A stretch of DNA of 64,000 nucleotides from Tubiluchus corallicola (Eukaryota; Animalia; Priapulida), in the NCBI GenBank assembly GCA_030141605.1, contig JAQGDQ010000691.1, forward strand, positions 18,881 through 82,880. Direction: 5' to 3'. Within the stretch, counting starts at the first letter, position 1. Each line of letters begins with the position of its first letter. The position numbers and the translations under genes were made by a program. Shown here piece by piece: positions 13,118 to 27,154 of the stretch. The notes beneath the pieces were generated by a model. That model did no database searches and had not been told where the DNA came from. It was given only the letters and a program-made list of their open reading frames with translations.

Positions 13118-13591
13118 CGTCTGCATTTAGATTATATGGAACGGTACAATTGTAGCAGTACGTTTGTTATTAACACTGATATTCTTAAAACTGCATCAGA
13201 TTTGCATCGCTCTTTAAAAATTATGTTCCGATTTCACAAGCGAGCATTCAGATATGCATCTTTGCAAGTCAGACACGCTGCCCTTTATTTCTCTTTGCTT
13301 TATTTTTGGCAAATGCCGGCAACAATTGATACCAGAATGTCGTACCATTTCCTGGAGAAAAGATGGAAGACAAAGCAAAGTGTTTGTAAACATTCATTCT
13401 CCGTCTTCTAGGGACGCAGTCAGTAGGGTAGAAATTCAGTCAAGTTTCTGTCTTGAACATTAGTAATAGTGTCATGTAGATCTGCAAAATGGACAGAGTG
13501 AATGATCATACTGAAGTGCTGATTGTTTTATTTTAATCACAAGTGTTTTGTATTTAATCTTATCAAGTTTTGATGTAAGTTACTCAACCAT

Positions 13592-13909
13592 CAGTGGCAT
13601 AGCTAGAGTTCAGACTTTGCAAGGCTCAAAATTTGAATTTTTGTTTAAAACCCTGCAAGACTATTCTAATCCGTGTAGCAAGTTAATATCATTCTTGTGC
13701 AAACTGGCTTGTTTACTTGTGTTAAACTTGCTAGATGACAAAGCCAAGATGTGCTGGTGTGATCTCTGCTGTTCTGTGTAACTGTTTTAAGTGGTTTTGT
13801 CATCTGAAAATCATCAACATTAAGAACTGAAATGACCACAATGATGACCAATGACCGGTATTGCGACATTGCTAGCCTTCCAGTGCAAACTCCGCTAGGT
13901 GTGCCACTG
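13592..13909. mobile_element. Degenerate hAT-like MITE
   Basis: Short TIRs cagtggca / tgccactg. Confidence 0.45.
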
Positions 13910-14242
13910 TAGCGAACTGCTCAAATGATGTTCTTCGAAATGAGTTATATTCGAGGCATTGTTATAATTATTGTTATTGTGTAATGTGACTATATTTATA
14001 ACAAGGTTGTCAATGCTCAAGTAGGTGTTGCTTATCTGTCGAATAATCGTCACTAATAGTCGAACACTGAAGTAGTCTTAACATACTGAAGATACATAAC
14101 ATAACATATTACAGTATTTCTGTTTTTAGTTCGTACACTGGTGTCTATAGACAGCGAGCATATTGTAAGCATATATCGATTTTAGTTGCGTGTTATGAGT
14201 ACGTACAGTGGTCTTATTATACTTTCAGTATAAAAGCGCGTG

Positions 14243-14553
14243 TATAGGTTTTACACGTCAAATGTAGACCTACGTTAAGTCAAATGTAGATTTAGGTGAT
14301 TCAAATGTGTCTTGGTAACTCAAATGTGGACTTAGGTAGTTCAAATGTGTTAACAATGGTTTTCAAGAAATCTTTAGCGATTTTGGTAAGTCAAATGTAG
14401 ACACATGTCAAGTCAAATGTCCTATGTCTACATTTGGCTTACCTATGTCACATTGAGTTACCAAAACGCATTCGAAATTCTTATGTCTACATTTGACTTA
14501 CCTAAGTCACATTTGAACTTTCCTGTGTCTACATTTGACGTGTAAAACCTATA
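14243..14553. mobile_element. Fold-back MITE, copy 2 (same family as 12808..13117)
   Basis: Perfect 27-bp terminal inverted repeat tataggttttacacgtcaaatgtagac. Confidence 0.88.
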
Positions 14554-14796
14554 GAATTGCTAATTATACAGTTACTATGAGTAACTTAATCGTAAGAATT
14601 TTAGTACTTTCACAAATTATGCAGTGCGTCAGAAGTCCGGAGTAGTTGACAACCCGTTTTATGTAGGTTGGTTGTTATTATTTGCAATAAAATTATTTAT
14701 TGCATTTAAACTTGTTCTGTTTATGAAGAATTCACGTTAATATTGTGCGTGCATGTGAATGATTTTACTCTGTTTCTGGTAAAATAGACGTAAATA

Positions 14797-15144
14797 CAGT
14801 CAACCCTCATTAAACCGGACTAATTAGGGTGGGGGGGACCGGTTTAGCCGATTGTCCGATATGCCTATATATGGTCTATATTATACAGGAATAATCACCT
14901 TAATAAGGCCTATATACTGTGCACTATATACTATACTGCGCTATATATATTACTTTAAAATAGTTAACCTGTGAGGATAAAGAAATTAATGTACAGTTTA
15001 AATAAAAAATAACTTCGGCCCGTCAATGGCTCGTGGTGAGTTGGTAGGCCGTGTTGTATTTAGCGCGCCTGCTCGGTCGGAAATCGGTCAGTTTCCTTTA
15101 CCGATATCCGGGCTAACGGAGTCCGGTTTAACGAGGGTCGACTG
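14797..15144. mobile_element. Tc1/mariner-pogo-type MITE (mirror 29979..30326)
   Basis: TA|cagtcaaccctcattaaaccggact ... agtccggtttaacgagggtcgactg|TA. Confidence 0.88.
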
Positions 15145-17110
15145 TACATAAATTATGAGTTATGAGCGCATTGATGCAGACAAAATTGAGCATGTAACAA
15201 TAGCAATTCGAACACAATTTAAATACCCTAACCTTAATATCACAAACTAACCTTAATATCACAAACTAATTTCTTGCATGTGGGAAGTGTAAACTTTAGC
15301 CCACGTAACGAGAATGGGCTAAAGTGCCACCAGAATTTTTTGTGACTGCTAAAGAGCAAACACTAAGAAAGAATTGTTCGTACAAAAACAACACTGCAGG
15401 TAACACTAATTTCTTGCATGTGGGAAATGTAAACTTTAGCCCACGCAACGAGAATGGGCTAAAGTGCCACCAGCATTTTTTGTGACTGCTAAAGAGCAAA
15501 GACTAAGAAAGAAATTGTTCGTACAAAAACAAGGAACAATTTTTATATTTAAGTACATATAATTTATTACACTGCACAGGTAACAATGTACACTTAACAT
15601 TAATCTCTATAGGGTGATTGAAAACATAAATTAATGGACTGTACAATCATTTGACAATAAATACAGTAGTTATTACAATATAAAAAAGCAGCAGATTTCA
15701 AAAAAGACGGACATTTTTCATGGAGGTGATCTCCTCGTGGAGGATGAGGTTATTGCTAGAATCGACTCACAATTAACGACAAGAGATCAATACAGCAAAA
15801 GTATTTATACTGCATTTATGAAACAAGTACAAAGCCTGGTTATTTGGATTATCAATGTGTTGCACAAACTGCTTTACACCTGTGGCCATGTATAAAAATT
15901 ATTTAACAAATATGGTTAGATTTAACAGTTACACTGGTTACTTAGTGTATTTAAGTATATGAAACAAGTGGAATTCGTTGAAACCTGTGATTTCCTATGG
16001 CCTTAAAATGAGAAAAAAGCAATACGTGGCTTGGAAAGTGCATGGATAGGTGACTGATTGAAAATCTACAACAGAGAGACTTTTGAAGCATCACAAACAG
16101 AACAAGATATATCGAAAGGGGGCAAAGAGCGACCTAAAAATATCAGTGGATCAATTGTCTGTCCAATTCATCTCAATGAGTTCCAACTAATATTTAAATA
16201 CAAAAAAACGCAGTCCGTTTAGATCGAGTGACAGCGGAACTTTTACAATAAGGCAACTTACACTAAAAATATAAAAAATTCCTTAGCAAAAGCATAAAAG
16301 GGAAATAAAATAGAACATGAAGAAGAAGAAACATGTCCATGTTTTGATTTGACAGTGAAAATCGCAACTGATTATAATGATTACCATTTTAATAACGTGA
16401 AGTTTTGATTATGTGGCATCCATTGCTGATGTACAGAATCTGAGAAAAGAACTTTCTTAACTTTTGTCTTATTCCCTGTTATACCTTTGCTAAGAATAGA
16501 TGTATCAATTTCAATATTATACTAGTAATAAATATCATTGTTTATATTACACATGCTTAAGGCTTCAACAGTGAGGCAGATCACCTAGGGTCATAGCTGG
16601 GGTCATGTGGAGCCATGACAGCCGAGGCCACTTGCACCTAGGGTCATAGCTGGGGTCACTTGGAGCCATTACAGCTGAGGTCACTTGCATGTCTATTATT
16701 AATGAAAATCATGCGGGGTGAAGATTGACAAAGGTGCAAACTAAAGATAAATAAAGAATTAAATCTAATGTTATCGTTATAATATTTACAAATACAATAA
16801 ACATGCCTTTCAAAAACAGAGAGTCAATCTGCTGCACATTTAACCCCCCCACACTTGCTGACTATTTTAATTTTACTGTGAAGCCGCCTACAAGACGACA
16901 TCATGAATCCGCCTACATCTGTGACATGAAGCTAAAGCTGCAAAGTTGATGGAAAACGTGTTACCAAAATTCTTTTAACTCACAGCATAAATTTAAATAT
17001 CTCAAGAAACTCTGCCCAATTTCACACCAAAATCAAATTCGTATTCTGCATACTTGAACCAGATCTATGCATAATGAGGGAAAAACATCGTATTATTACG
17101 ACGGGCGATG

Positions 17111-17488
17111 GCGGAGATGAGGATGTTGAGATGGATGGTGGGAGTAACAAGAAGGGATAAAATCAGGAATAGTAATATTAGAGGAACAGTGAAAGTAGTG
17201 GAAGCCTCGAAAAAGATACAAGAGGCAAGATTGCGATGGTATGGGCACCTGAAAAGAAGATCACGTGGTGAGGGTGAAGTCGGTGAAGATCACGTGGGAA
17301 GGGAGGTCATGGAAATGGAAGTGCTGGGAAATAGAAGAAGAGGACGACCCAAGCGGAGATGGATTGAATGTATTAATGGAGACCTTAGAGAGAAGAACAT
17401 AAATGAAGAGATGGTGAACAACAGGAATGCATGGAGAAGACTTATTCACAACGGCGACCCCGCATAGGGAAAAGCTGGGAAAAAGAAG
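17111..17488 (+). mobile_element. 5'-truncated RTE-clade LINE, 3' end of ORF (mirror about 27631..28008)
   Basis: AEMRMLRWM.GVTRRDKIRN, RLRWYGH and RRGRPKRRW motifs; gaagaag-type tail; 16-bp TSD at 17095..17110 and 17489..17504. Confidence 0.92.
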
Positions 17489-17959
17489 ATTATGATGGGC
17501 GATGAGAGCTTTGAAAGCCCTACTTCTCTTGTAAGTATATTTTGTCAACAGGTTTCTCGAAATCAGAAGTCAAGCCTGGCAACAACTTCATTTATGCTTA
17601 CGAAAATGAATGACTTTACTAATATAATGAAAAAAGAAGTACTTCGTCTAATTCACTACATTTTCAACAAACTCTGAAGTAAGTGTCAAGCAAAAAATTG
17701 ATACAAAATTAGGCAGAATTCTACGGACCATGGAGTCCTAAGGTAGGTAAAGAAATCAAAAATATACTACTACAAATGAGAATTTTAATAAAAATTGAAG
17801 AATTTGTCAGATGCAATAGAACAGCGGAAACATCTAACTTCTTGTAAGCAGCTTCACAACATTTAAATTTGCTATCAAACATAAATCACTAAAAAACTTT
17901 TTGTATGGCAGTTACGTGTATTTTACAGTAAAAATCACGATGGACAGTTAAACTGTTTG

Positions 17960-18005
17960 CTAACCCCACAAGTCTTCAGTTCTTCCAAACTTGAATATCA
18001 ATGCA
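17960..18005 (-). CDS. TMEM50: TMEM50 terminal exon (S)ALIFKFGRTEDLWG*
   Basis: Conserved C-terminal KFGRTE.LW; ttctttcag acceptor; TAG stop. Confidence 0.9.
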
Positions 18006-20598
18006 CTGAAAGAAAACATACAAGCAACGTGAAAAACAGTAATATAACGTAAATTATAGCAAAAAACATTACAGCTAGATTAGTTTCCATTACTTTGACA
18101 TAGATGGCAGCACCATTTTGTAAATAAAATTCTTAGTGCACACGAATTCTTACAAGTTTCTGGTGGCCTGTTCTGGTAAGTAAGAGGAAACCGTCTGAAA
18201 GCATTAGAAGTTGTGGAATAAAGGAAAAGTTCGGTAAAAATAAATTGAATTGAATTGAAGGGAAAAGTTCAGTTTTAAACCCTCCTCACAACAAACTAAT
18301 TAGAGAAAGGGTAGTCAGTCCAAAAGATACACTCTGTCCCCTATATAGCATGCATTATTGGAAAAACATCCATTAACTGAGGAGGTTTACTAGTTTAGTC
18401 ATTCCAACATGTGCTGCCCTCTGTAGGCACTAAGCTTCCCTTCAGCTTCTAAACTACCATAGCAACAGTTGATAGGGCTGTGTTCAGTTAGCATTTTCTT
18501 CTAGCAGTAAAATACGTATAGTGGGCGTTAAAGTCAATTTAAATGCTGGAACTGAAGTGCAAAAATAAACTAGTAGATTATTGCCCCTTGAAACTGCCAA
18601 ATTATGAGAAGCTGGAAGCTGGGGGCAAATCTCCGGGAAATATCGGAACAAATGAGAATGTGACAAATGGGGCGTAAATTTCATAGGGAATTACATAATG
18701 TAAAAATGGCTTAGAAACTTATTCAAGTTAATTATAATAGTGTTTTTTTACAGGTCCATCTAATGTGACCAGTAATTGATCAGTCTAATAGCAGCAGCAA
18801 ATCATTAATTGTGTCAAGATTGTACAGTCAAATGAACAAAATAACCTGCATGGTTAATTAAATAAAGAAGGCCTACTATAGACATGTGAAAAGAGGGGAG
18901 TCGGGATTGAAAACCGGGAGCACTCCAGCCTAGGTTTTACTCCCCAATACAGGATCACAAACTTTCTTATCAGTCATGGAATGTTAATAATTATGACACA
19001 AAGGTATTCATACAGTGAATGATAAAACATACTACTAATGATAATACTGATACCAGTTACACATTGTGTTAGCTGTTTTTTACTAGCAGACTGACTTTTG
19101 AGCTACGAATTTTTCGAGAAATGCAAACAAATCAAATGGCATAAAAGTTAATGATGACGAAAACTTCTAACAAAGATGATGTTAGAAAAGTTAGGAGACA
19201 CAATCAGAGGATGCGTTCCTGTGCAAACGAAGTTCTTATTCATCCCATAAGTCAGTGGGAAACTTACCTAAAGAATCCCACAAGTCTTCAGTTCTTCCAA
19301 ACTTGAATATCAATGCACTGAAAGAAAACATACAAGCAACGTGAAAAACAGTAATATAACGTAAATTATAGCAAAAAACATTACAGCTAGATTAGTTTCC
19401 ATTACTTTGACATAGATGGCAGCACCATTTTGTAAATAAAATTCTTAGTGCACACGAATTCTTACAAGTTTCTGGTGGCCTGTTCTGGTAAGTAAGAGGA
19501 AACCGTCTGAAAGCATTAGAAGTTGTGGAATAAAGGAAAAGTTCGGTAAAAATAAATTGAATTGAATTGAAGGGAAAAGTTCAGTTTTAAACCCTCCTCA
19601 CAACAAACTAATTAGAGAAAGGGTAGTCAGTCCAAAAGATACACTCTGTCCCCTATATAGCATGCATTATTGGAAAAACATCCATTAACTGAGGAGGTTT
19701 ACTAGTTTAGTCATTCCAACATGTGCTGCCCTCTGTAGGCACTAAGCTTCCCTTCAGCTTCTAAACTACCATAGCAACAGTTGATAGGGCTGTGTTCAGT
19801 TAGCATTTTCTTCTAGCAGTAAAATACGTATAGTGGGCGTTAAAGTCAATTTAAATGCTGGAACTGAAGTGCAAAAATAAACTAGTAGATTATTGCCCCT
19901 TGAAACTGCCAAATTATGAGAAGCTGGAAGCTGGGGGCAAATCTCCGGGAAATATCGGAACAAATGAGAATGTGACAAATGGGGCGTAAATTTCATAGGG
20001 AATTACATAATGTAAAAATGGCTTAGAAACTTATTCAAGTTAATTATAATAGTGTTTTTTTACAGGTCCATCTAATGTGACCAGTAATTGATCAGTCTAA
20101 TAGCAGCAGCAAATCATTAATTGTGTCAAGATTGTACAGTCAAATGAACAAAATAACCTGCATGGTTAATTAAATAAAGAAGGCCTACTATAGACATGTG
20201 AAAAGAGGGGAGTCGGGATTGAAAACCGGGAGCACTCCAGCCTAGGTTTTACTCCCCAATACAGGATCACAAACTTTCTTATCAGTCATGGAATGTTAAT
20301 AATTATGACACAAAGGTATTCATACAGTGAATGATAAAACATACTACTAATGATAATACTGATACCAGTTACACATTGTGTTAGCTGTTTTTTACTAGCA
20401 GACTGACTTTTGAGCTACGAATTTTTCGAGAAATGCAAACAAATCAAATGGCATAAAAGTTAATGATGACGAAAACTTCTAACAAAGATGATGTTAGAAA
20501 AGTTAGGAGACACAATCAGAGGATGCGTTCCTGTGCAAACGAAGTTCTTATTCATCCCATAAGTCAGTGGGAAACTTACCTAAAGAATCCCACAAGTC
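17965..20598. repeat. Direct tandem duplication, 2 x 1312 bp
   Basis: Identical ORFs at 18484 and 19796 (offset 1312); bounded by the 10-mer cccacaagtc. Confidence 0.95.
19268..19317 (-). CDS. TMEM50: Chimeric duplicate of the TMEM50 terminal exon (S)ALIFKFGRTEDLWDSL, ending in a new gtaagt donor
   Basis: Same acceptor as 18005, but the stop codon is replaced by minisatellite sequence attctttag|gtaagt at the duplication junction. Confidence 0.6.
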
Positions 20599-20964
20599 AG
20601 TGGAAAACTTACCCAAAGAATCCCATAAGTTAGGGGAAACTTACCTAAAGAATCCCATAAGTTAGGGGAAACTTACCTAAAGAATCCCATAAGTTAGGGG
20701 AAACTTACCTAAAGAATCCCATAAGTCAGGGGAAACTTACCCAAAGAATCCCATAAGTTAGGGGAAACTTACCTAAAGAATCCCATAAGTCAGGGGAACC
20801 TTACCCAAAGAATCCCATAAGTTAGGGGAAACTTACCTAAAGAATCCCATAAGTCAGGGGAAACTTACCCAAAGAATCCCATAAGTTAGGGGAAACTTAC
20901 CTAAAGAATCCCATAAGTCAGGGGAAACTTACCCAAAGAATCCCATAAGTTAGGGGAAACTTAC

Positions 20965-21028
20965 CTAAAGAATATGAAAGCATTTTGTAAAAAGACGGCA
21001 ACACCGGGCCACTGGTCCTTATATATTC
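20965..21028 (-). CDS. TMEM50: TMEM50 penultimate exon (G)IYKDQWPGVAVFLQNAFIFF(S)
   Basis: PG.AVF.QNA.IFF motif; ctag/gtaagt boundaries; in phase with the spacer exon. Confidence 0.9.
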
Positions 21029-22533
21029 CTAGAAAAACAGCAGAAATAGTTATAAGCACGTGTAACTATCTATGGAGAACGTGTAAAAGAATTTATGTTT
21101 AAACTAACAGCATAAACTGTTATGAAAGATGATTTTAGTTTCATTCAAATTATTCAACCAAAACTTGCAAATTATTCATTCAAAACAACCAAAATGCGTC
21201 TCAACTACAGCAGCTACGCGACATGCGGGTAAAGCAAAGCTGTTTGCCGCATCAGTTCACGATGGTGAAAAATCTTTATAGTGATCATAATAGTAATCTT
21301 TATAGTAACCATAATAGTGATTTACTAGCAGAATCTTGCTTGGGAACAAGAAAAAATGAACCAAGTAAGGTTCTAGCTAGCTGTTAAAACTGTCACTATT
21401 ACAATAGCATAGAGTGCGAGGCATCGTTAAGTGTACATAAATGAGTTGTTTGGTTCGTTGACCTTTGACCTTTTTACGATCACCATCAATCGCTGGTACC
21501 GTGAAAGGGCTTATTAGCAACTATTCTCATCAAGTGCGTTAGTGTTGCTTAACTGCTGAGCCCTTTGCTATTTAATGATGATGATAAGAATAATTCACTG
21601 ACGACAACTTAAAGGAAAACCAGACAATTGATTAGATTCAATCTCATTTTATTTACTGTCCAAAATATACCATTTCGTGCCTGTAAAAGTTAGCAATTGT
21701 CTTTATATTTGAAAAATTAGCTTAGAAAGTTAATTAACGGCAACCAAGCACAGCTATTGCTTACGTCAGTAACTAACCACAGTTTGTGAACTGGTACGCA
21801 TCTTCCCTTGCGTGCCAAGCACGTTTGCGTAAGCATTACTGCTTAAACGCGTGATGTCACGAAAATGTCATGACATCAGAAACTAACACTGCAGTTCATG
21901 ATCATGCTTATCAAGGTACCACCTTCTATTTGTCAGCCACGCGAATGTGACAAAAAGACACCGTTGCCAATCTTAGTAGATTCACTGAGCCGCGCGTTTT
22001 TTTTGAAAGTTTAACAAAATTTGAGTATCCGAGATAATTATTATTTAATCTAAGCTTTGATTTTAAAAAAGCTGTTGTAGTTTTCAATATTTTAGAGCAT
22101 TGTTTATTCTGAGCTCATGTTTACACAATCGTCCAGTTTTTCTTTAAAATTTCAAAGGATGAATCAAATGCTATACCCAGTGACTTTCAATGACAATTTC
22201 ATTTCTTCTTTAAACACATAAGATGTTTCCCAAATATCCGGATGTTTCCCATTATAATAGGACGTTTCCCAAATATCATTATAAACCCTCGTAATAACAC
22301 CCCCCCCCCCACCTTCATAATGCAAACTCAAAAACATCAAAATTTTTGGCAAAACAAAATGTCCAATTTAGTACATGGATGCGTGAATTACTGCAACTCA
22401 TTATAATGCTAGACTCGCTTGACGCCACTTTTTTGAGCCCCAAAGTAAGAGACATGAAGAGGTTCTGATTGTAAATCTGTGAGTATCTACAGAGGGACTG
22501 CTTCGAGTAGAAAATTATTGATTTTTTTGCCTA

Positions 22534-22767
<234 letters not shown>

Positions 22768-22934
22768 CTAATGGCACCTCACCAGCATTGCAGATTATAT
22801 TTTGTGGAATTCTCTGAACAACAACCTCAACGTTGGAATACTTAAGTCACCCTCTAAGGTGAGCTAAAAAGCAGAGTGGTCATGGCATTTGTTTTTCAAT
22901 TACAACTGTGTGTCAGCGGGTTCAATACTCACTC

Positions 22935-23248
22935 TTGGGCGTAGCCAAGTTCAAAAGTTTGAGGGGAGCATGCACATATAATTTTTAATGCATTGATTAT
23001 ACATTTTAATTTTGTGTTTAAAATCAAAACATGAGGAAGATACGGTAAATAATTAGATTATTAATATAATTTGATTCTTGATTCAATCAGTCAACTTTTA
23101 CAAGTGAGATGCATAAATACACAGTCACTTCAGAAACATGGGAGGCTGGCTGGTCAAATAAACTAATTACTCTGTTGTTGAAAAGGAATCAATTTTGAAA
23201 AATGTGGTCGGTGAAGTGGCTCTCCTTCCCCTATTAGCTACACCACTG
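22935..23248. mobile_element. Degenerate hAT-like MITE in the spacer
   Basis: Ends gggcgtagcc / gctacaccactg; flanks actcactc / acttactc (7 of 8 match). Confidence 0.5.
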
Positions 23249-24090
23249 ACTTACTCTGAGTGGTTTCTTTTGCTACACTGATTCAGGACATTTGCCTCTA
23301 ACAGGAAACAGGGGAAGATGCGTACCAGTTCACAAACTGTGGTTAGTTACTGACGTAAGCAATAGCTGTGCTTGGTTGCCGTTAATTAACTTTCTAAGCT
23401 AATTTTTCAAATATAAAGACAATTGCTAACTTTTACAGGCACGAAATGGTATATTTTGGACAGTAAATAAAATGAGATTGAATCTAATCAATTGTCTGGT
23501 TTTCCTTTAAGTTGTCGTCAGTGAATTATTCTTATCATCATCATTAAATAGCAAAGGGCTCAGCAGTTAAGCAACACTAACGCACTTGGTGAGAAGAGTT
23601 GCTAATAAGCCTTTTCACGGTACCAGCGATTGATGGTGATCGTAAAAAGGTCAAAGGTCAACGAACCAAACAACTCATTTATGTACACTTAACGATGCCT
23701 CGCACTCTATGCTATTGTAATAGTGACAGTTTTAACAGCTAGCTAGAACCTTACTTGGTTCATTTTTTCTTGTTCCCAAGCAAGATTCTGCTAGTAAATC
23801 ACTATTATGGTTACTATAAAGATTACTATTATGATCACTATAAAGATTTTTCACCATCGTGAACTGATGCGGCAAACAGCTTTGCTTTACCCGCATGTCG
23901 CGTAGCTGCTGTAGTTGAGACGCATTTTGGTTGTTTTGAATGAATAATTTGCAAGTTTTGGTTGAATAATTTGAATGAAACTAAAATCATCTTTCATAAC
24001 AGTTTATGCTGTTAGTTTAAACATAAATTCTTTTACACGTTCTCCATAGATAGTTACACGTGCTTATAACTATTTCTGCTGTTTTTCTAG

Positions 24091-24154
24091 GAATATATAA
24101 GGACCAGTGGCCCGGTGTTGCCGTCTTTTTACAAAATGCTTTCATATTCTTTAG
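24091..24154 (+). pseudogene. TMEM50: TMEM50 penultimate exon, mirrored copy with no upstream exon in this orientation
   Basis: Reverse complement of 20965..21028. Confidence 0.75.
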
Positions 24155-24564
24155 GTAAGTTTCCCCTAACTTATGGGATTCTTTGGGTAAGTTTCCCCTG
24201 ACTTATGGGATTCTTTAGGTAAGTTTCCCCTAACTTATGGGATTCTTTGGGTAAGTTTCCCCTGACTTATGGGATTCTTTAGGTAAGTTTCCCCTAACTT
24301 ATGGGATTCTTTGGGTAAGGTTCCCCTGACTTATGGGATTCTTTAGGTAAGTTTCCCCTAACTTATGGGATTCTTTGGGTAAGTTTCCCCTGACTTATGG
24401 GATTCTTTAGGTAAGTTTCCCCTAACTTATGGGATTCTTTAGGTAAGTTTCCCCTAACTTATGGGATTCTTTAGGTAAGTTTCCCCTAACTTATGGGATT
24501 CTTTGGGTAAGTTTTCCACTGACTTGTGGGATTCTTTAGGTAAGTTTCCCACTGACTTATGGGA
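24147..24564 (+). repeat. 32-bp minisatellite, 13 copies, each containing the TMEM50 exon end and donor (ttctttrg|gtaag); mirror about 20555..20972
   Basis: gtaag at 24155, 24187, 24219 ... 24507, 24540. Confidence 0.95.
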
Positions 24565-27154
24565 TGAATAAGAACTTCGTTTGCACAGGAACGCATCCTC
24601 TGATTGTGTCTCCTAACTTTTCTAACATCATCTTTGTTAGAAGTTTTCGTCATCATTAACTTTTATGCCATTTGATTTGTTTGCATTTCTCGAAAAATTC
24701 GTAGCTCAAAAGTCAGTCTGCTAGTAAAAAACAGCTAACACAATGTGTAACTGGTATCAGTATTATCATTAGTAGTATGTTTTATCATTCACTGTATGAA
24801 TACCTTTGTGTCATAATTATTAACATTCCATGACTGATAAGAAAGTTTGTGATCCTGTATTGGGGAGTAAAACCTAGGCTGGAGTGCTCCCGGTTTTCAA
24901 TCCCGACTCCCCTCTTTTCACATGTCTATAGTAGGCCTTCTTTATTTAATTAACCATGCAGGTTATTTTGTTCATTTGACTGTACAATCTTGACACAATT
25001 AATGATTTGCTGCTGCTATTAGACTGATCAATTACTGGTCACATTAGATGGACCTGTAAAAAAACACTATTATAATTAACTTGAATAAGTTTCTAAGCCA
25101 TTTTTACATTATGTAATTCCCTATGAAATTTACGCCCCATTTGTCACATTCTCATTTGTTCCGATATTTCCCGGAGATTTGCCCCCAGCTTCCAGCTTCT
25201 CATAATTTGGCAGTTTCAAGGGGCAATAATCTACTAGTTTATTTTTGCACTTCAGTTCCAGCATTTAAATTGACTTTAACGCCCACTATACGTATTTTAC
25301 TGCTAGAAGAAAATGCTAACTGAACACAGCCCTATCAACTGTTGCTATGGTAGTTTAGAAGCTGAAGGGAAGCTTAGTGCCTACAGAGGGCAGCACATGT
25401 TGGAATGACTAAACTAGTAAACCTCCTCAGTTAATGGATGTTTTTCCAATAATGCATGCTATATAGGGGACAGAGTGTATCTTTTGGACTGACTACCCTT
25501 TCTCTAATTAGTTTGTTGTGAGGAGGGTTTAAAACTGAACTTTTCCCTTCAATTCAATTCAATTTATTTTTACCGAACTTTTCCTTTATTCCACAACTTC
25601 TAATGCTTTCAGACGGTTTCCTCTTACTTACCAGAACAGGCCACCAGAAACTTGTAAGAATTCGTGTGCACTAAGAATTTTATTTACAAAATGGTGCTGC
25701 CATCTATGTCAAAGTAATGGAAACTAATCTAGCTGTAATGTTTTTTGCTATAATTTACGTTATATTACTGTTTTTCACGTTGCTTGTATGTTTTCTTTCA
25801 GTGCATTGATATTCAAGTTTGGAAGAACTGAAGACTTGTGGGATTCTTTAGGTAAGTTTCCCACTGACTTATGGGATGAATAAGAACTTCGTTTGCACAG
25901 GAACGCATCCTCTGATTGTGTCTCCTAACTTTTCTAACATCATCTTTGTTAGAAGTTTTCGTCATCATTAACTTTTATGCCATTTGATTTGTTTGCATTT
26001 CTCGAAAAATTCGTAGCTCAAAAGTCAGTCTGCTAGTAAAAAACAGCTAACACAATGTGTAACTGGTATCAGTATTATCATTAGTAGTATGTTTTATCAT
26101 TCACTGTATGAATACCTTTGTGTCATAATTATTAACATTCCATGACTGATAAGAAAGTTTGTGATCCTGTATTGGGGAGTAAAACCTAGGCTGGAGTGCT
26201 CCCGGTTTTCAATCCCGACTCCCCTCTTTTCACATGTCTATAGTAGGCCTTCTTTATTTAATTAACCATGCAGGTTATTTTGTTCATTTGACTGTACAAT
26301 CTTGACACAATTAATGATTTGCTGCTGCTATTAGACTGATCAATTACTGGTCACATTAGATGGACCTGTAAAAAAACACTATTATAATTAACTTGAATAA
26401 GTTTCTAAGCCATTTTTACATTATGTAATTCCCTATGAAATTTACGCCCCATTTGTCACATTCTCATTTGTTCCGATATTTCCCGGAGATTTGCCCCCAG
26501 CTTCCAGCTTCTCATAATTTGGCAGTTTCAAGGGGCAATAATCTACTAGTTTATTTTTGCACTTCAGTTCCAGCATTTAAATTGACTTTAACGCCCACTA
26601 TACGTATTTTACTGCTAGAAGAAAATGCTAACTGAACACAGCCCTATCAACTGTTGCTATGGTAGTTTAGAAGCTGAAGGGAAGCTTAGTGCCTACAGAG
26701 GGCAGCACATGTTGGAATGACTAAACTAGTAAACCTCCTCAGTTAATGGATGTTTTTCCAATAATGCATGCTATATAGGGGACAGAGTGTATCTTTTGGA
26801 CTGACTACCCTTTCTCTAATTAGTTTGTTGTGAGGAGGGTTTAAAACTGAACTTTTCCCTTCAATTCAATTCAATTTATTTTTACCGAACTTTTCCTTTA
26901 TTCCACAACTTCTAATGCTTTCAGACGGTTTCCTCTTACTTACCAGAACAGGCCACCAGAAACTTGTAAGAATTCGTGTGCACTAAGAATTTTATTTACA
27001 AAATGGTGCTGCCATCTATGTCAAAGTAATGGAAACTAATCTAGCTGTAATGTTTTTTGCTATAATTTACGTTATATTACTGTTTTTCACGTTGCTTGTA
27101 TGTTTTCTTTCAGTGCATTGATATTCAAGTTTGGAAGAACTGAAGACTTGTGGG
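24521..27154. repeat. Direct tandem duplication, 2 x 1312 bp (mirror copy)
   Basis: gacttgtggg occurs at 24521, 25833 and 27145. Confidence 0.95.
25802..25851 (+). pseudogene. TMEM50: Chimeric TMEM50 terminal-exon duplicate, mirrored copy
   Basis: Reverse complement of 19268..19317. Confidence 0.6.

Noticed and set aside
18484-19996. Four-copy 66-aa ORF MKFTPHLSHS... as a small gene family
   Set aside because: It is TMEM50 intron sequence multiplied by the tandem duplication and the palindrome; no recognisable protein features.
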